From Acidimicrobiia bacterium (GTDB lineage: Bacteria; Actinomycetota; Acidimicrobiia; Spongiisociales; ZC4RG35): a stretch of DNA of 45,798 nt. The translations under genes and the position numbers were made by a program. Location of the stretch: assembly GCA_036446835.1 (NCBI GenBank), contig JAZFTT010000103.1, forward strand, positions 1 through 45,798, written 5' to 3'. Positions within the stretch are counted from its first letter, which is position 1. Each line of letters starts with the position of its first letter. The notes under the pieces were generated by a model. The model saw nothing but the letters and a program-made list of their open reading frames with translations. It did no database searches and was not told the DNA's origin. Shown one piece after another: positions 16,571-25,199 of this stretch.

Positions 16571-17269
16571 ATGGCGTCTATGACGCGACTCATCGATCTG
16601 TCACAGCCGATTTTCGAGACGATGAAGGTCTATCCGGGCCATCTAAAGACGGTGACCTTTCAGCATGTAACCCATGAGGAGACAGCCCCGCAGTTCACCT
16701 CCGACTTCTCCTTCCAGACTCTCGGGTTCATGCTCAACGACAACGGGCCGACTCATGTCGATTCGTTCAGTCACCTCGACCCCGATCCCGAGGCGCTGAC
16801 AATCGACATGATGGACCTGAGCTATTTCTACGGTCCAGCGCTTTGTCTCGACGTCTCCGAAGTCCCACCCCGGACGGATATCACGGCTGAGCATCTCGAC
16901 GAGGCGCTAGCGTTATCGGGGCTTTCGATTGAGCCAGGGGACCACTGCTTCTTCTACACGGCCACCTACGATCGTTACGCGGATGAGCCCGCGTATCTGA
17001 CCACTTTCGCAGGTCTCGGAGAATCCGCCGCCCAGTGGATTCTCGACAAGGGAATCGGTACTTTCGGCGTCGACTCACCCACACCGGACAATCCGGCTTC
17101 GACGATCTACCCGGTGCATCTGATGTGTCGGCACGAGAAGAAGACCCACTACGAGAATTTGATCCTCACCGAGGTTGTAGGAAAGCGTTTCATCTTTGTC
17201 GGCTTCCCGTTGAAGGTGGTCGGCGCCCACGGTGGTCCCACCCGAGCAGTAGCCATTGTGGATGCATGA
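16571..17269 (+). CDS. Cyclase family protein (kynurenine formamidase KynB-like)
   Basis: 232 aa, GAAGGAG RBS. DNGPTHVDSFSHLD matches the H.GTH.D.P.H cyclase-family metal motif. Confidence 0.8.
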   Translation: MASMTRLIDLSQPIFETMKVYPGHLKTVTFQHVTHEETAPQFTSDFSFQTLGFMLNDNGPTHVDSFSHLDPDPEALTIDMMDLSYFYGPALCLDVSEVPPRTDITAEHLDEALALSGLSIEPGDHCFFYTATYDRYADEPAYLTTFAGLGESAAQWILDKGIGTFGVDSPTPDNPASTIYPVHLMCRHEKKTHYENLILTEVVGKRFIFVGFPLKVVGAHGGPTRAVAIVDA

Positions 17270-17336
17270 AGGGACAAAGCACGGATCTGGGCGACGACCT
17301 GGGCGGCTGGGTAGCCTTCGCCGGACGAGAAGTGCG

Positions 17337-17876
17337 ATGAGCCGGATGGAAGATCGGGTAGAGGTTGGTCAGGGTGAGGGTGGCTTCTGGGCGACCAACT
17401 TTCCCTTGGCAATCCCGGGTGCTGCGGGTAATGAAGTGACCGTTCGCCACGGCTTCTTCGGAGGCCTGAAGATTCTTGTGGACGGTGTTCGATCCAAGCG
17501 GGGGTCAGAGAGATCCAGTTTTCTTATCCCAACAAGCGACGGTGGCGACTTCGAAGTAACAGTTCGGTCCGGATATTCCGGGATTTCGCCAGTCATCGTC
17601 ACTAAAACAAACACTGCGAATATAGGTCGTCGCATAGAAGGCGCCGAATGGATTTGGGTAGGTCTTCCCCTTCTACTTCCGGCCTATGCAATATTAGGAC
17701 AAGGCGGGTATATCGACATCCTTGTGGGCTTCGTTGCCTTCAGCGCCAATGTGAGGATCTTTATCAACGATGGGTTCACCGTTGGACAGCGGTACATCTT
17801 CTCGTTGAGTGCACTGGGATTGTTCGCAGTCATCTACCTGGCGACCATCGTGGCGATTGCTCTGCTAGTCCCCTAA
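17337..17876 (+). CDS. Hypothetical membrane protein (about 95-aa soluble N-domain plus 3 predicted TM helices)
   Basis: ORF 17256..17876 trimmed to the ATG at 17337, beyond the upstream gene's stop. Hydrophobic segments WIWVGLPLLLPAYAILG, IDILVGFVAFSANVRIF, IFSLSALGLFAVIYLATIVAIALLV. No family recognised; visibly more AT-rich than its neighbours. Confidence 0.45.
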   Translation: MSRMEDRVEVGQGEGGFWATNFPLAIPGAAGNEVTVRHGFFGGLKILVDGVRSKRGSERSSFLIPTSDGGDFEVTVRSGYSGISPVIVTKTNTANIGRRIEGAEWIWVGLPLLLPAYAILGQGGYIDILVGFVAFSANVRIFINDGFTVGQRYIFSLSALGLFAVIYLATIVAIALLVP

Positions 17877-17921
17877 CGACGGTCGTTTCGAAGGCAGAAA
17901 CATCACGGGAGAACAGAAACA

Positions 17922-18845
17922 ATGAAGGCTCTCATAAATCGAGGCGACGGTGCGATGGCAGTCGATCTGGCAGAAGTACCTAACCCCGAGGCGGCCCCTT
18001 ATGAAGCTGTTGTCCAAGTCAGAGCGGTGGCTGTGAACAGAGGCGAGCTTCGCCTTTTGGCCATGCGCCCCCATGGTTGGCGACCCGGTCAGGATGTGTC
18101 AGGTGTGGTCGTCGTCGCCGCGGCCGATGGCTCGGGCCCCGAAGATGGAACCCGTGTCGTTGCTTGGCCGGAACAGGAGGGCTGGGCCGAACATGTAGTT
18201 GTTCCCAGTTCGCATCTCGCTTCGCTGGCACCCGAGGTGAGCTTCGCTCAGGGAGCGACCCTGCCTATTGCCGCGATGACCGCACTCCGGGTACTTCGTC
18301 TTGGCGGCGACCTTTCGGGCCAGATGGTGCTCGTCACCGGAGCTGCTGGTGGTGTTGGTCGGTTTGCCGTTGAGCTTGCAGCGGGAGCGGGAGCCGAAGT
18401 GACCGGTGTTACAGCCAGTCCCGATCGTGCGGCCGGACTGGAGGAACTGGGAGCGAGTGCGGTTGTGCACGACATCGCCGACGCCGGCGGCTCCTTCGAT
18501 CTGATTCTCGAATCGGTAGGTGGTGCCTCGCTGGAAGCATCGATTCAACTGGTTGCGACTGGTGGAACTATTGCCGTCTATGGCAACTCCTCGAACACGT
18601 CTGCCGTAGTCTCGTTTGGCGACTTTCGAGGTCGGGCGGGAGCGCGGATCGTTGCCTTCTTTGTCTACGAAAGTGGTGAACCACCCGCCTTCGGTGAAGA
18701 CCTGAAGCTTCTCGCCGACATGGTCGCCGACGGTTCGCTGAATCCTCAGATTGGATTGGAAGCTCCCTGGACCGAGGCCAACACTGTCTTCGCTGCCCTG
18801 GCTTCACGGGAGGTCAATGGCAAGGCGGTGCTGTTGGTCGATTGA
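17922..18845 (+). CDS. MDR superfamily quinone-oxidoreductase-like dehydrogenase
   Basis: 307 aa; VTGAAGGVGRFAVELA cofactor motif. No catalytic-zinc Cys/His cluster. Confidence 0.85.
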   Translation: MKALINRGDGAMAVDLAEVPNPEAAPYEAVVQVRAVAVNRGELRLLAMRPHGWRPGQDVSGVVVVAAADGSGPEDGTRVVAWPEQEGWAEHVVVPSSHLASLAPEVSFAQGATLPIAAMTALRVLRLGGDLSGQMVLVTGAAGGVGRFAVELAAGAGAEVTGVTASPDRAAGLEELGASAVVHDIADAGGSFDLILESVGGASLEASIQLVATGGTIAVYGNSSNTSAVVSFGDFRGRAGARIVAFFVYESGEPPAFGEDLKLLADMVADGSLNPQIGLEAPWTEANTVFAALASREVNGKAVLLVD

Positions 18846-18849
18846 CCGG

Positions 18850-20517
18850 TTATTCGACCGCCAGCGGAGCTAGAGCGTCCATGTCGGTCACAACGTCTAT
18901 CACAACGGGCCGGTCGGCGGACAGTGCCCGGTCGAACGCCGGGGCCAATTCCGAAGGCTTCTCCACCCGAATACCCAGTGCTCCGATGTCCTCCGCGAGA
19001 CGGGCGAAGTCGACATCGGTGAATACCCACATTTCCTTGGCCTTCTCGGTCTGTCTCCCGCCGTATACCCGATCGAAACCACGTTTGGACTGGTTACCGG
19101 AGTGGTTGTTGTTGACCACAGTGATGCTGTTGATGCCCCATCGCACCGCGGTCTCGATTTCGGCGACGTGATACCAGAACCCGGAGTCGCCGGTGAAGCA
19201 GACAACCGGGCGATCGGGTGTGGCGCACTTCGCGCCGAGCGAGGCAGGGAAGGCCCAACCCAGGTGCCCTGCACTCCTGATGTAGGACTGCGTCGACGCC
19301 CGCAAGTCGTACATCCCACCCATCCACATCCCAGCATGGCCCGTGTCGACCACAACGATTCCGTCGTCGGGGACCAGCTCGGACAACTCGGCGCACAGCC
19401 GCTCGGGACGGATAGGTACCTGATCTGATTCGAGCAGTGGCGCATACTCGGCATACCAGTCGGTCACGTGGCCTGCAGCCGCTGATGCCCATTGGTCGTG
19501 ACGCACCGGTTCGCTCGCCAGCTCCAGCATCCGGTTCAAAGCAGTGCGCGCGTCGGCGTTGATCGCAACCTCGAGTGGGTAGTTGCGTCCCAACGCATCG
19601 GGCTCGATGTCAATCTGGATCGCGGGCGTGCCGATTGGCGGGACCTTCCAGAAGTGCGTAGTCATGCCCCCGGTCTGGCTCCCGATGTAGCAAACCAGGT
19701 CTGCCTCCAGCACCACCCGGTTGGCGGAACCTCGTGAGTAGGAGCCCACCACCCCAACGGAAAGAGGGTGGCTATCGGAGATGACGTCCTTGCCGTTGAG
19801 GGATGTGGCCACCGGAATGCCGAGATGATCGGCGAGCGCAATTAGGGCCTGTCCCGCACCCGAAGCACGAACTCCTCCACCGGCCAAAAGCACCGGACGC
19901 TTCGCCTGAGCTAGCAACTCGAGAGCACGGATCAGATCGGCATCGGGTGCGGCGGGCCGAAACGGTGGAACCGAAGCGAACTGCTCCTCGGAGTAGATCT
20001 CCATCTCCGCTTCGGAGGCGTCGATCTGGCCTTCGTTGCCGGCGAACTGAATATGAACCGGGCCTGGTGTTCCGGTGGTCGCTGCGCGAAACGCCTGACG
20101 GACCAGGTCCGGAATCCGCTCAACACTCTCGACGGTGACGTTCATCTTGGTCACCGGTTCGAAGGCCGGGACATCATCGACTTCCTGATAGACCTTGCGG
20201 AACTTGGTTTGTGAGTCCCGGCCTCCTGTGAATGCGATGACAGGGGAGTGAGCGAGATAGGCGTCGCGCAAACCAGCTGCCAGGTTCAGAGCGCCTACCA
20301 CCTGGGCTGCGCACACCCCCGGTCTTCCCGATGCGCGGGCGTAGCCGTCGGCCATATAGGCGGCGGGCTTTTCGCCGTGGGGTCGAACTCGCTTGATCGA
20401 AGTACGCGCTTCGATCTCAACCATGGTCCGGCGGAGCACGGCTGGCACATGGAACAGGTGGGTAACTCCGTAGTCGTCGAGCATCTCGGCGAGTACCCGA
20501 GCACCTGTCGTTTTCAT
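18850..20517 (-). CDS. Thiamine-diphosphate-dependent enzyme (acetolactate-synthase-like family; specificity unknown)
   Basis: 555 aa; HGEKPAAYMADGYAR (catalytic Glu context). TPP-binding GDSGFWYHVAEIETAVRWGINSITVVNNN. Confidence 0.9.
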   Translation of the reverse strand: MKTTGARVLAEMLDDYGVTHLFHVPAVLRRTMVEIEARTSIKRVRPHGEKPAAYMADGYARASGRPGVCAAQVVGALNLAAGLRDAYLAHSPVIAFTGGRDSQTKFRKVYQEVDDVPAFEPVTKMNVTVESVERIPDLVRQAFRAATTGTPGPVHIQFAGNEGQIDASEAEMEIYSEEQFASVPPFRPAAPDADLIRALELLAQAKRPVLLAGGGVRASGAGQALIALADHLGIPVATSLNGKDVISDSHPLSVGVVGSYSRGSANRVVLEADLVCYIGSQTGGMTTHFWKVPPIGTPAIQIDIEPDALGRNYPLEVAINADARTALNRMLELASEPVRHDQWASAAAGHVTDWYAEYAPLLESDQVPIRPERLCAELSELVPDDGIVVVDTGHAGMWMGGMYDLRASTQSYIRSAGHLGWAFPASLGAKCATPDRPVVCFTGDSGFWYHVAEIETAVRWGINSITVVNNNHSGNQSKRGFDRVYGGRQTEKAKEMWVFTDVDFARLAEDIGALGIRVEKPSELAPAFDRALSADRPVVIDVVTDMDALAPLAVE

Positions 20518-20642
20518 CGAAGGGCGAACCTCGCCTTCCCGGTTGTGAAGTTCTCAGTTGCCACGGTTTCTCCGCGTTCGTTGGTGAGCGCGCGCACAGT
20601 TGTCCGCAGGCATTCCTGCTCTGGGGTCAACTCGTAGTCCAT
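20514..20642 (-). pseudogene. 42-codon ORF, a 5' stub of an acyl-CoA dehydrogenase; its stop overlaps the TPP-enzyme start (ATGA)
   Basis: Own minus-strand translation: AGGAG RBS, then MDYELTPEQECLRTTVRALTNERGETVATENFTTGKARFALR*. MD(F/Y).LT.EQ..LR..VR is the canonical Acyl-CoA_dh_N start. Too short for the ORF track. Confidence 0.45.
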
Positions 20643-20670
20643 TGCTCCTGCGTTGGTCAGCGCGCCGTCC

Positions 20671-20691
20671 GATCATATATCGTGCATCATG
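20671..20691 (+). promoter_or_regulatory. Box B: GATCATATATCGTGCATCATG with -10-like TATCGT followed by GCA
   Basis: 16/21 identical to box C. The hexamer (20678..20683) ends 45 nt before the GTG at 20729. Confidence 0.4.
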
Positions 20692-20728
20692 TACGCCGTT
20701 TGGGACAAGAAGTAGCGAGAAGAGGAAT

Positions 20729-20863
20729 GTGACACCGAGTATCGAGACAATCCCAGAACTGAGCGATCATCACGGCAACCGGGGTCGATGGGGTTCGGAC
20801 GACGAGAAGAGGACTCTCAACTTGCTAACCGAGGAGATGGTGGTGAATGCTTCCTCCCGATGA
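20729..20863 (+). pseudogene. 44-codon 5' stub of a cyclase-family gene
   Basis: GTG at 20729 after AGAGGAA. VTPSIETIPELSDHHGNRGRWGSDDEKRTLNLLTEEMVVNASSR* matches the N-terminal WGRWG.DDe.GtlNllT.e motif of many cyclase-family proteins. It stops 32 nt before the CitE-like ATG. Confidence 0.45.
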
Positions 20864-20895
20864 ACCCAATGGCGATCAAGTGAGGTGTTGACTAG

Positions 20896-21783
20896 ATGAA
20901 CCCTGTTCGCTCCATGTTGTTCACCCCTGGCCACCGGCTTGACATGGTCGAGAAGGCGGCGCGCTCCGGAACTGATGCGGTGATTGTTGATCTCGAGGAC
21001 GCCGTTTCCGTGGAGAACAAGCCGGTCGCTCGATCCAATCTGGCGGAGCTTCCGCCATCGACGGTCCCGTATTACGTCCGTACCAACGCCGCGGACACCG
21101 GACTTCTCTGGGACGACGTGAAGGCCGCCGGCGCAGCCGGGGTGGTGGGGATTGTCCTGCCCAAAGCCGAGGATCCGGAGGTAGTCGGTGAGCTCGATAG
21201 GGTTTTGACCGATCTGGAGAGGACATCGGGCAAGGTTCAGGGCTCGTTCACCATCATTCCTCTCATCGAGTCGGCCCTCGGGGTACGTCTCACCTATGAG
21301 ATAGCGATGGCCAGCAGCCGGGTGGAGTGTGTGATGTTTGGAGGTGGGGAGCAGGGTGATCTGGTCGCCGACCTCGGCGTGGAGTGGACGCCAGAAGGAA
21401 CCGGGCTTATGCACGCCCGTTCCCAAGTGCTGCTCAGTTCTCGCGCTGCCGGAGTTCCCTACCCAATGGAAGCGGTGTTCATGGACTTCCGAAACCTCGA
21501 CGCCCTCAGAATTGAATCAGAGCTTGCCCGGACCCTCGGCTACATCGGCAAGGTGGCCATTCATCCGGCACAGATACCCGTTATCAACGACGTCTTCACG
21601 CCTTCGGCCGATGTAGTGGAGTATCAGCGCAAGGTCCTTGCAGCCTTCGAAGAGGCCGAGGCCGCGGGAGAGGCGTCTATTGCCGTCGACGGCAAAATGG
21701 TGGACTACGCGGTGGCGCGTGTTGCTCGGACAATCATCGAGCGGGCCGAAGCTGCCTCTCGTGCCGGCGGAGGCGAATCGTGA
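20896..21783 (+). CDS. HpcH/HpaI superfamily CitE-like acyl-CoA lyase (citryl / malyl / citramalyl-CoA lyase beta-subunit-like)
   Basis: 295 aa; RSMLFTPG, AVIVDLEDAV, PLIESA, HPAQIPVIN blocks typical of CitE-like proteins. Confidence 0.85.
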   Translation: MNPVRSMLFTPGHRLDMVEKAARSGTDAVIVDLEDAVSVENKPVARSNLAELPPSTVPYYVRTNAADTGLLWDDVKAAGAAGVVGIVLPKAEDPEVVGELDRVLTDLERTSGKVQGSFTIIPLIESALGVRLTYEIAMASSRVECVMFGGGEQGDLVADLGVEWTPEGTGLMHARSQVLLSSRAAGVPYPMEAVFMDFRNLDALRIESELARTLGYIGKVAIHPAQIPVINDVFTPSADVVEYQRKVLAAFEEAEAAGEASIAVDGKMVDYAVARVARTIIERAEAASRAGGGES

Positions 21784-21918
21784 CCAGAAGTCGCTACATA
21801 CAAGGCGGAGTTGGCGTGGCCGTGGACGGATACGGTTCGATCAGGAATCTTCGCGCGGTAGATGAGTTGGCGCGGACCGGACGGGTCGTGCCGTTGACCT
21901 GGGCCAGGTGATCAACCC

Positions 21919-23139
21919 ATGAGCGGGCTGCTGTCGGGGGTCACGATTCTCGAACTGGGTCAGGTGATCGCCGGAAACTTCGGCGGCGTCATCCTGGCGG
22001 ATCTGGGTGCGGAGGTGATCAAAATCGAACCTCACTCGGGAGACACCGCGCGCAACGCGACAATCGCTCCTCTCCACGACGAGAGCGCCATCCATCTATT
22101 CATGAACCGGGGCAAGAAGAGTGTGGTTCTCGACCTCAAGGATCAGCGTGGTCTCGACATCTTCTATTCGCTTGTGGCTCAGGCCGACGTCGTGATCGAC
22201 AATTTCAGGCCGGGAGTCATGGCTCGCCTCGGCATAGATCATGCCGCCTTGAAGGAGCACAACCCCGAAGTCATCACAGTGTCGGTGACCGGCTTCGGAG
22301 AGTACGGGCCCGCCAGAGACAAGTCGGCTTTCGATCTGGTAGTGCAGGCCTATGCCGGTCACGTCGACATCACTGGCCCTGCGGACGGAGACCCCGCCCG
22401 GGTCGGAATCCCGATCGCCGATATCTCGGGAGGCATCTACTCCTGCATCGCCGTGCTGGCCGCGCTGGTGGGTAGAGAGCGTCACGACGAGGGCCGCCAT
22501 GCCGACGTGGCCATGCTCGACAGCCTGGTATCGATGCTTTCCTACGACGCGGTTGACTATCTCAACTCTGGCCGAAAGCTGACCCGGCTCGGCACCGCCC
22601 ACGCCCACATTGTTCCGTGGCAGGCCTTCCAGACCAGCGACGGGTACGTGGTGGTTGCGGCCAGGGACGAGAAGTTTTGGCAAAACCTGTGCAATGCGAT
22701 CGAAAGGCCTGACCTGATCGACGATCCGCTCACTTCCAACAACACAGCACGACTCTCCAATCGGGACTACGTGGTGTCGATCCTTGCCGAGGTCTTCAGT
22801 TCGAAGACGAACGCCGAGTGGCTCGCGATCCTCGACGAATTTGACATTCCCAACGCCCCGGTGAACGACATCGGCGAGGTCTTCGACGATCCACAGGTGC
22901 ACGCCAGGGGCATGATCCAGATGTATGACCATCCCACTTTGGGGGAGGTCCTCTATCCGCCCAGTCCGATCAAGTTCAGCGACTGGGAGAGTCCCAACGA
23001 GTCAGCGCCGATGCTCGGCCAGCACACCGTCGAAGTTCTCGCCAAGCGGCTCAATCTCGACGAGTCTGAAGTGAGAAGCCTTGCCGACGAGGGCGTGGTC
23101 AAGTTATGGCCCGAGCCCGGCGAAGGAGTGGGAGCCTGA
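21919..23139 (+). CDS. Family III CoA-transferase (CaiB/BaiF/Frc type)
   Basis: 406 aa; LSGVTILELGQVIAGNFGGVILADLGAEVIKIEP N-terminal signature, DVVIDNFRPGVMARLG. Confidence 0.9.
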   Translation: MSGLLSGVTILELGQVIAGNFGGVILADLGAEVIKIEPHSGDTARNATIAPLHDESAIHLFMNRGKKSVVLDLKDQRGLDIFYSLVAQADVVIDNFRPGVMARLGIDHAALKEHNPEVITVSVTGFGEYGPARDKSAFDLVVQAYAGHVDITGPADGDPARVGIPIADISGGIYSCIAVLAALVGRERHDEGRHADVAMLDSLVSMLSYDAVDYLNSGRKLTRLGTAHAHIVPWQAFQTSDGYVVVAARDEKFWQNLCNAIERPDLIDDPLTSNNTARLSNRDYVVSILAEVFSSKTNAEWLAILDEFDIPNAPVNDIGEVFDDPQVHARGMIQMYDHPTLGEVLYPPSPIKFSDWESPNESAPMLGQHTVEVLAKRLNLDESEVRSLADEGVVKLWPEPGEGVGA

Positions 23140-23197
23140 TGAGGTTTGAGACGCTTGTTCCCCAAGAATGGAAGGGCGATTTGATCCCGCAGCTGCG

Positions 23198-25189
23198 ATG
23201 ACGAATCTGGATCGCCTTCTCGATCCGGCGAGCATCGCCATTGTCGGACTGTCTGTCGACCAGACGAAACACGGTGGCCGGGTTCTCGGACATCTTCGAC
23301 GACTCGGTTTTCCGGGGACCATCTGGGGTGTTCATCCACGTGCTCCAGAGATAGATGGGGTGGAGATGTTCGTGTCGATTGCCGATCTTCCCCACCCACC
23401 CGACCTGGTCATCTCGGCCGTGCCCGCCGCCGCCACGGCCGACATCGTTGCCGATGCGGCGGGTGTGGGAGTCGTGATCGTCTTTGGCGGAGGGTTTGGC
23501 GAGTCGGGTGCCGAAGGTCTCGCTCTCGAGGAGGGTTTGGCCGAGGTCGCCGCTACTACAGGCACCCGGCTGCTTGGTCCGAACAGCGGAGGTGTGATCC
23601 GGGCCGATCGGGGACTTGCGGCCAGCTTTCTCACCTGTCTCGATCGACCGAGGGAGGGGATCCGCAGCGGTCCGGTCGGGGTTGTCACCCAGAGCGGCGG
23701 CACCGGAAGCTATTTGCACAACCTCGCCGCCGAACGAGGCGGTGGTCTCGCGGTCTCGGTGTCGACAGGCAATGAGGTCGACATCCAGCTGGGCGAAGCG
23801 ATCGACGCCGTCTCTCGGCTGAATGAGGTCAAGGTGATCCTCGCCCTGATCGAGACGGTGCGTGACGGTGAGGTCTTCATCGACTCGGTGAATTCGTCAA
23901 TTGCCCGTGGCAAGCCGGTCGTCGCTTGCCGGATCGGCACTGGAGCACGTGGCATGTCTTTGATGACGACCCATACCGGTGCCATGGCTGCCCCGGAGGC
24001 GGTTCTCCGGGGAGTTCTCGACTCTCTAAATGTGCTGGTCGCAGAAACACCAGGCGAGGCGCTCGAGGTGGCCGAGATGATGGCGCGTGTCGGTTCACCG
24101 CCCGGTGACCGGGTCGGAATCGTCACCCACTCGGGAGGTATCGCAATTCACCTCGCCGATCTCAGCGAGCGCCGGGGTCTAGATCTGCCTGCTCCAGGTT
24201 TGGAGTTGGCTGAAAGTCTCGAACCACTCCTCGATCACGGCGTCGCCACCAACCCTCTCGACATGGGCGGGATCATCGTTGGGCCCGCTCGATTCGCCGA
24301 GGTTGTGACCGCGTTCGCCGTGTCTGGCGACTATGACCTGGTGCTGGCAGTGTCGACGGCCCATCCGCCTCGTCACAGCGAAGAGCGAGTTGATTCGTTG
24401 CTGGCGATGGAGACCGAGACACCGATCCTTCATCTCTGGATGGCCGGTGACCAGGCCCAAGGCGCGCTCGCGACTTTGCGGTCGGCCGGTGCCCCAGTCA
24501 CCGAGGATCCGAGAGCCGCGATCCGGGCCCTGGCCGGACTGTCCCGGATTGCCTCTCACGAGGTTCGGATCCGGCCCGAGCCAATCGCGGGCGAGCCGAA
24601 GGCTTGGGGTATTCGCTTCGTCGCCGGAAAGATTGTTGCAAACTCCGATGAGGCCGTCGCCGTGTCAAGACGTCTTGGTTACTCGGTGGTGCTCAAGGCC
24701 GTCTCGCCGGGTCTAGCCCACAAAACCGAAATGGGTGGGGTCAAGGTTGATCTGGCCACTGAGGAAGAAGTGCGGGTCGGTTACGACGAAATTGTTGCGG
24801 CGACCGCGGATCTCGATATGGAGGGGATCCGGGTCGAACGATTCCAGCCCGGGCTCGAGGTGATAGTCGGTGCGATCGTCGACGATGGGTTTGGCCCGCT
24901 CGTGTCGATCGGGTTGGGTGGAGTCCTCACCGAACTGCTCGATGACGTCGTGTTCGCCCCGGCACCGGTGGATACCAAGGACGCATTGGAGATGATCGAT
25001 CGCTTGCGGGGACGGGAGCTGTTGGACGGGTATCGAGGCAAGTCGTCCGCCGATGTCGAGGAATTGGCCCATCTGGTCAGCGTCGTCAGCCGGGGATTAG
25101 TCGGGTCGGGGTTACGGGAAATCGAGATCAACCCGCTGATCTGGGATGGCGAGGAATGGGTTGCCGTCGATTGGCTCTGGTCACCCTGA
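23198..25189 (+). CDS. ADP-forming acyl-CoA synthetase (CoA-binding + succinyl-CoA-ligase-like + ATP-grasp_5 domains fused)
   Basis: Start set to MTNLDRLLDPASIAIVG (the ORF opens at 23168). LLGPNSGGV, VVTQSGG, then a C-terminal ATP-grasp segment (YSVVLKAVSPGLAHKTEMGGVKVDL). Confidence 0.85.
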   Translation: MTNLDRLLDPASIAIVGLSVDQTKHGGRVLGHLRRLGFPGTIWGVHPRAPEIDGVEMFVSIADLPHPPDLVISAVPAAATADIVADAAGVGVVIVFGGGFGESGAEGLALEEGLAEVAATTGTRLLGPNSGGVIRADRGLAASFLTCLDRPREGIRSGPVGVVTQSGGTGSYLHNLAAERGGGLAVSVSTGNEVDIQLGEAIDAVSRLNEVKVILALIETVRDGEVFIDSVNSSIARGKPVVACRIGTGARGMSLMTTHTGAMAAPEAVLRGVLDSLNVLVAETPGEALEVAEMMARVGSPPGDRVGIVTHSGGIAIHLADLSERRGLDLPAPGLELAESLEPLLDHGVATNPLDMGGIIVGPARFAEVVTAFAVSGDYDLVLAVSTAHPPRHSEERVDSLLAMETETPILHLWMAGDQAQGALATLRSAGAPVTEDPRAAIRALAGLSRIASHEVRIRPEPIAGEPKAWGIRFVAGKIVANSDEAVAVSRRLGYSVVLKAVSPGLAHKTEMGGVKVDLATEEEVRVGYDEIVAATADLDMEGIRVERFQPGLEVIVGAIVDDGFGPLVSIGLGGVLTELLDDVVFAPAPVDTKDALEMIDRLRGRELLDGYRGKSSADVEELAHLVSVVSRGLVGSGLREIEINPLIWDGEEWVAVDWLWSP

Positions 25190-25199
25190 AGGGCTTTTT

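Noticed and set aside
18850-23139. Reading the TPP enzyme plus family III CoA-transferase as an oxalyl-CoA decarboxylase / formyl-CoA transferase (Oxc/Frc) oxalate system
   Set aside because: The sizes fit, but by eye the TPP enzyme does not follow the Oxc sequence closely. The transferase sits in an operon with a CitE-like lyase, not beside the TPP gene. This cannot be supported without phylogeny.
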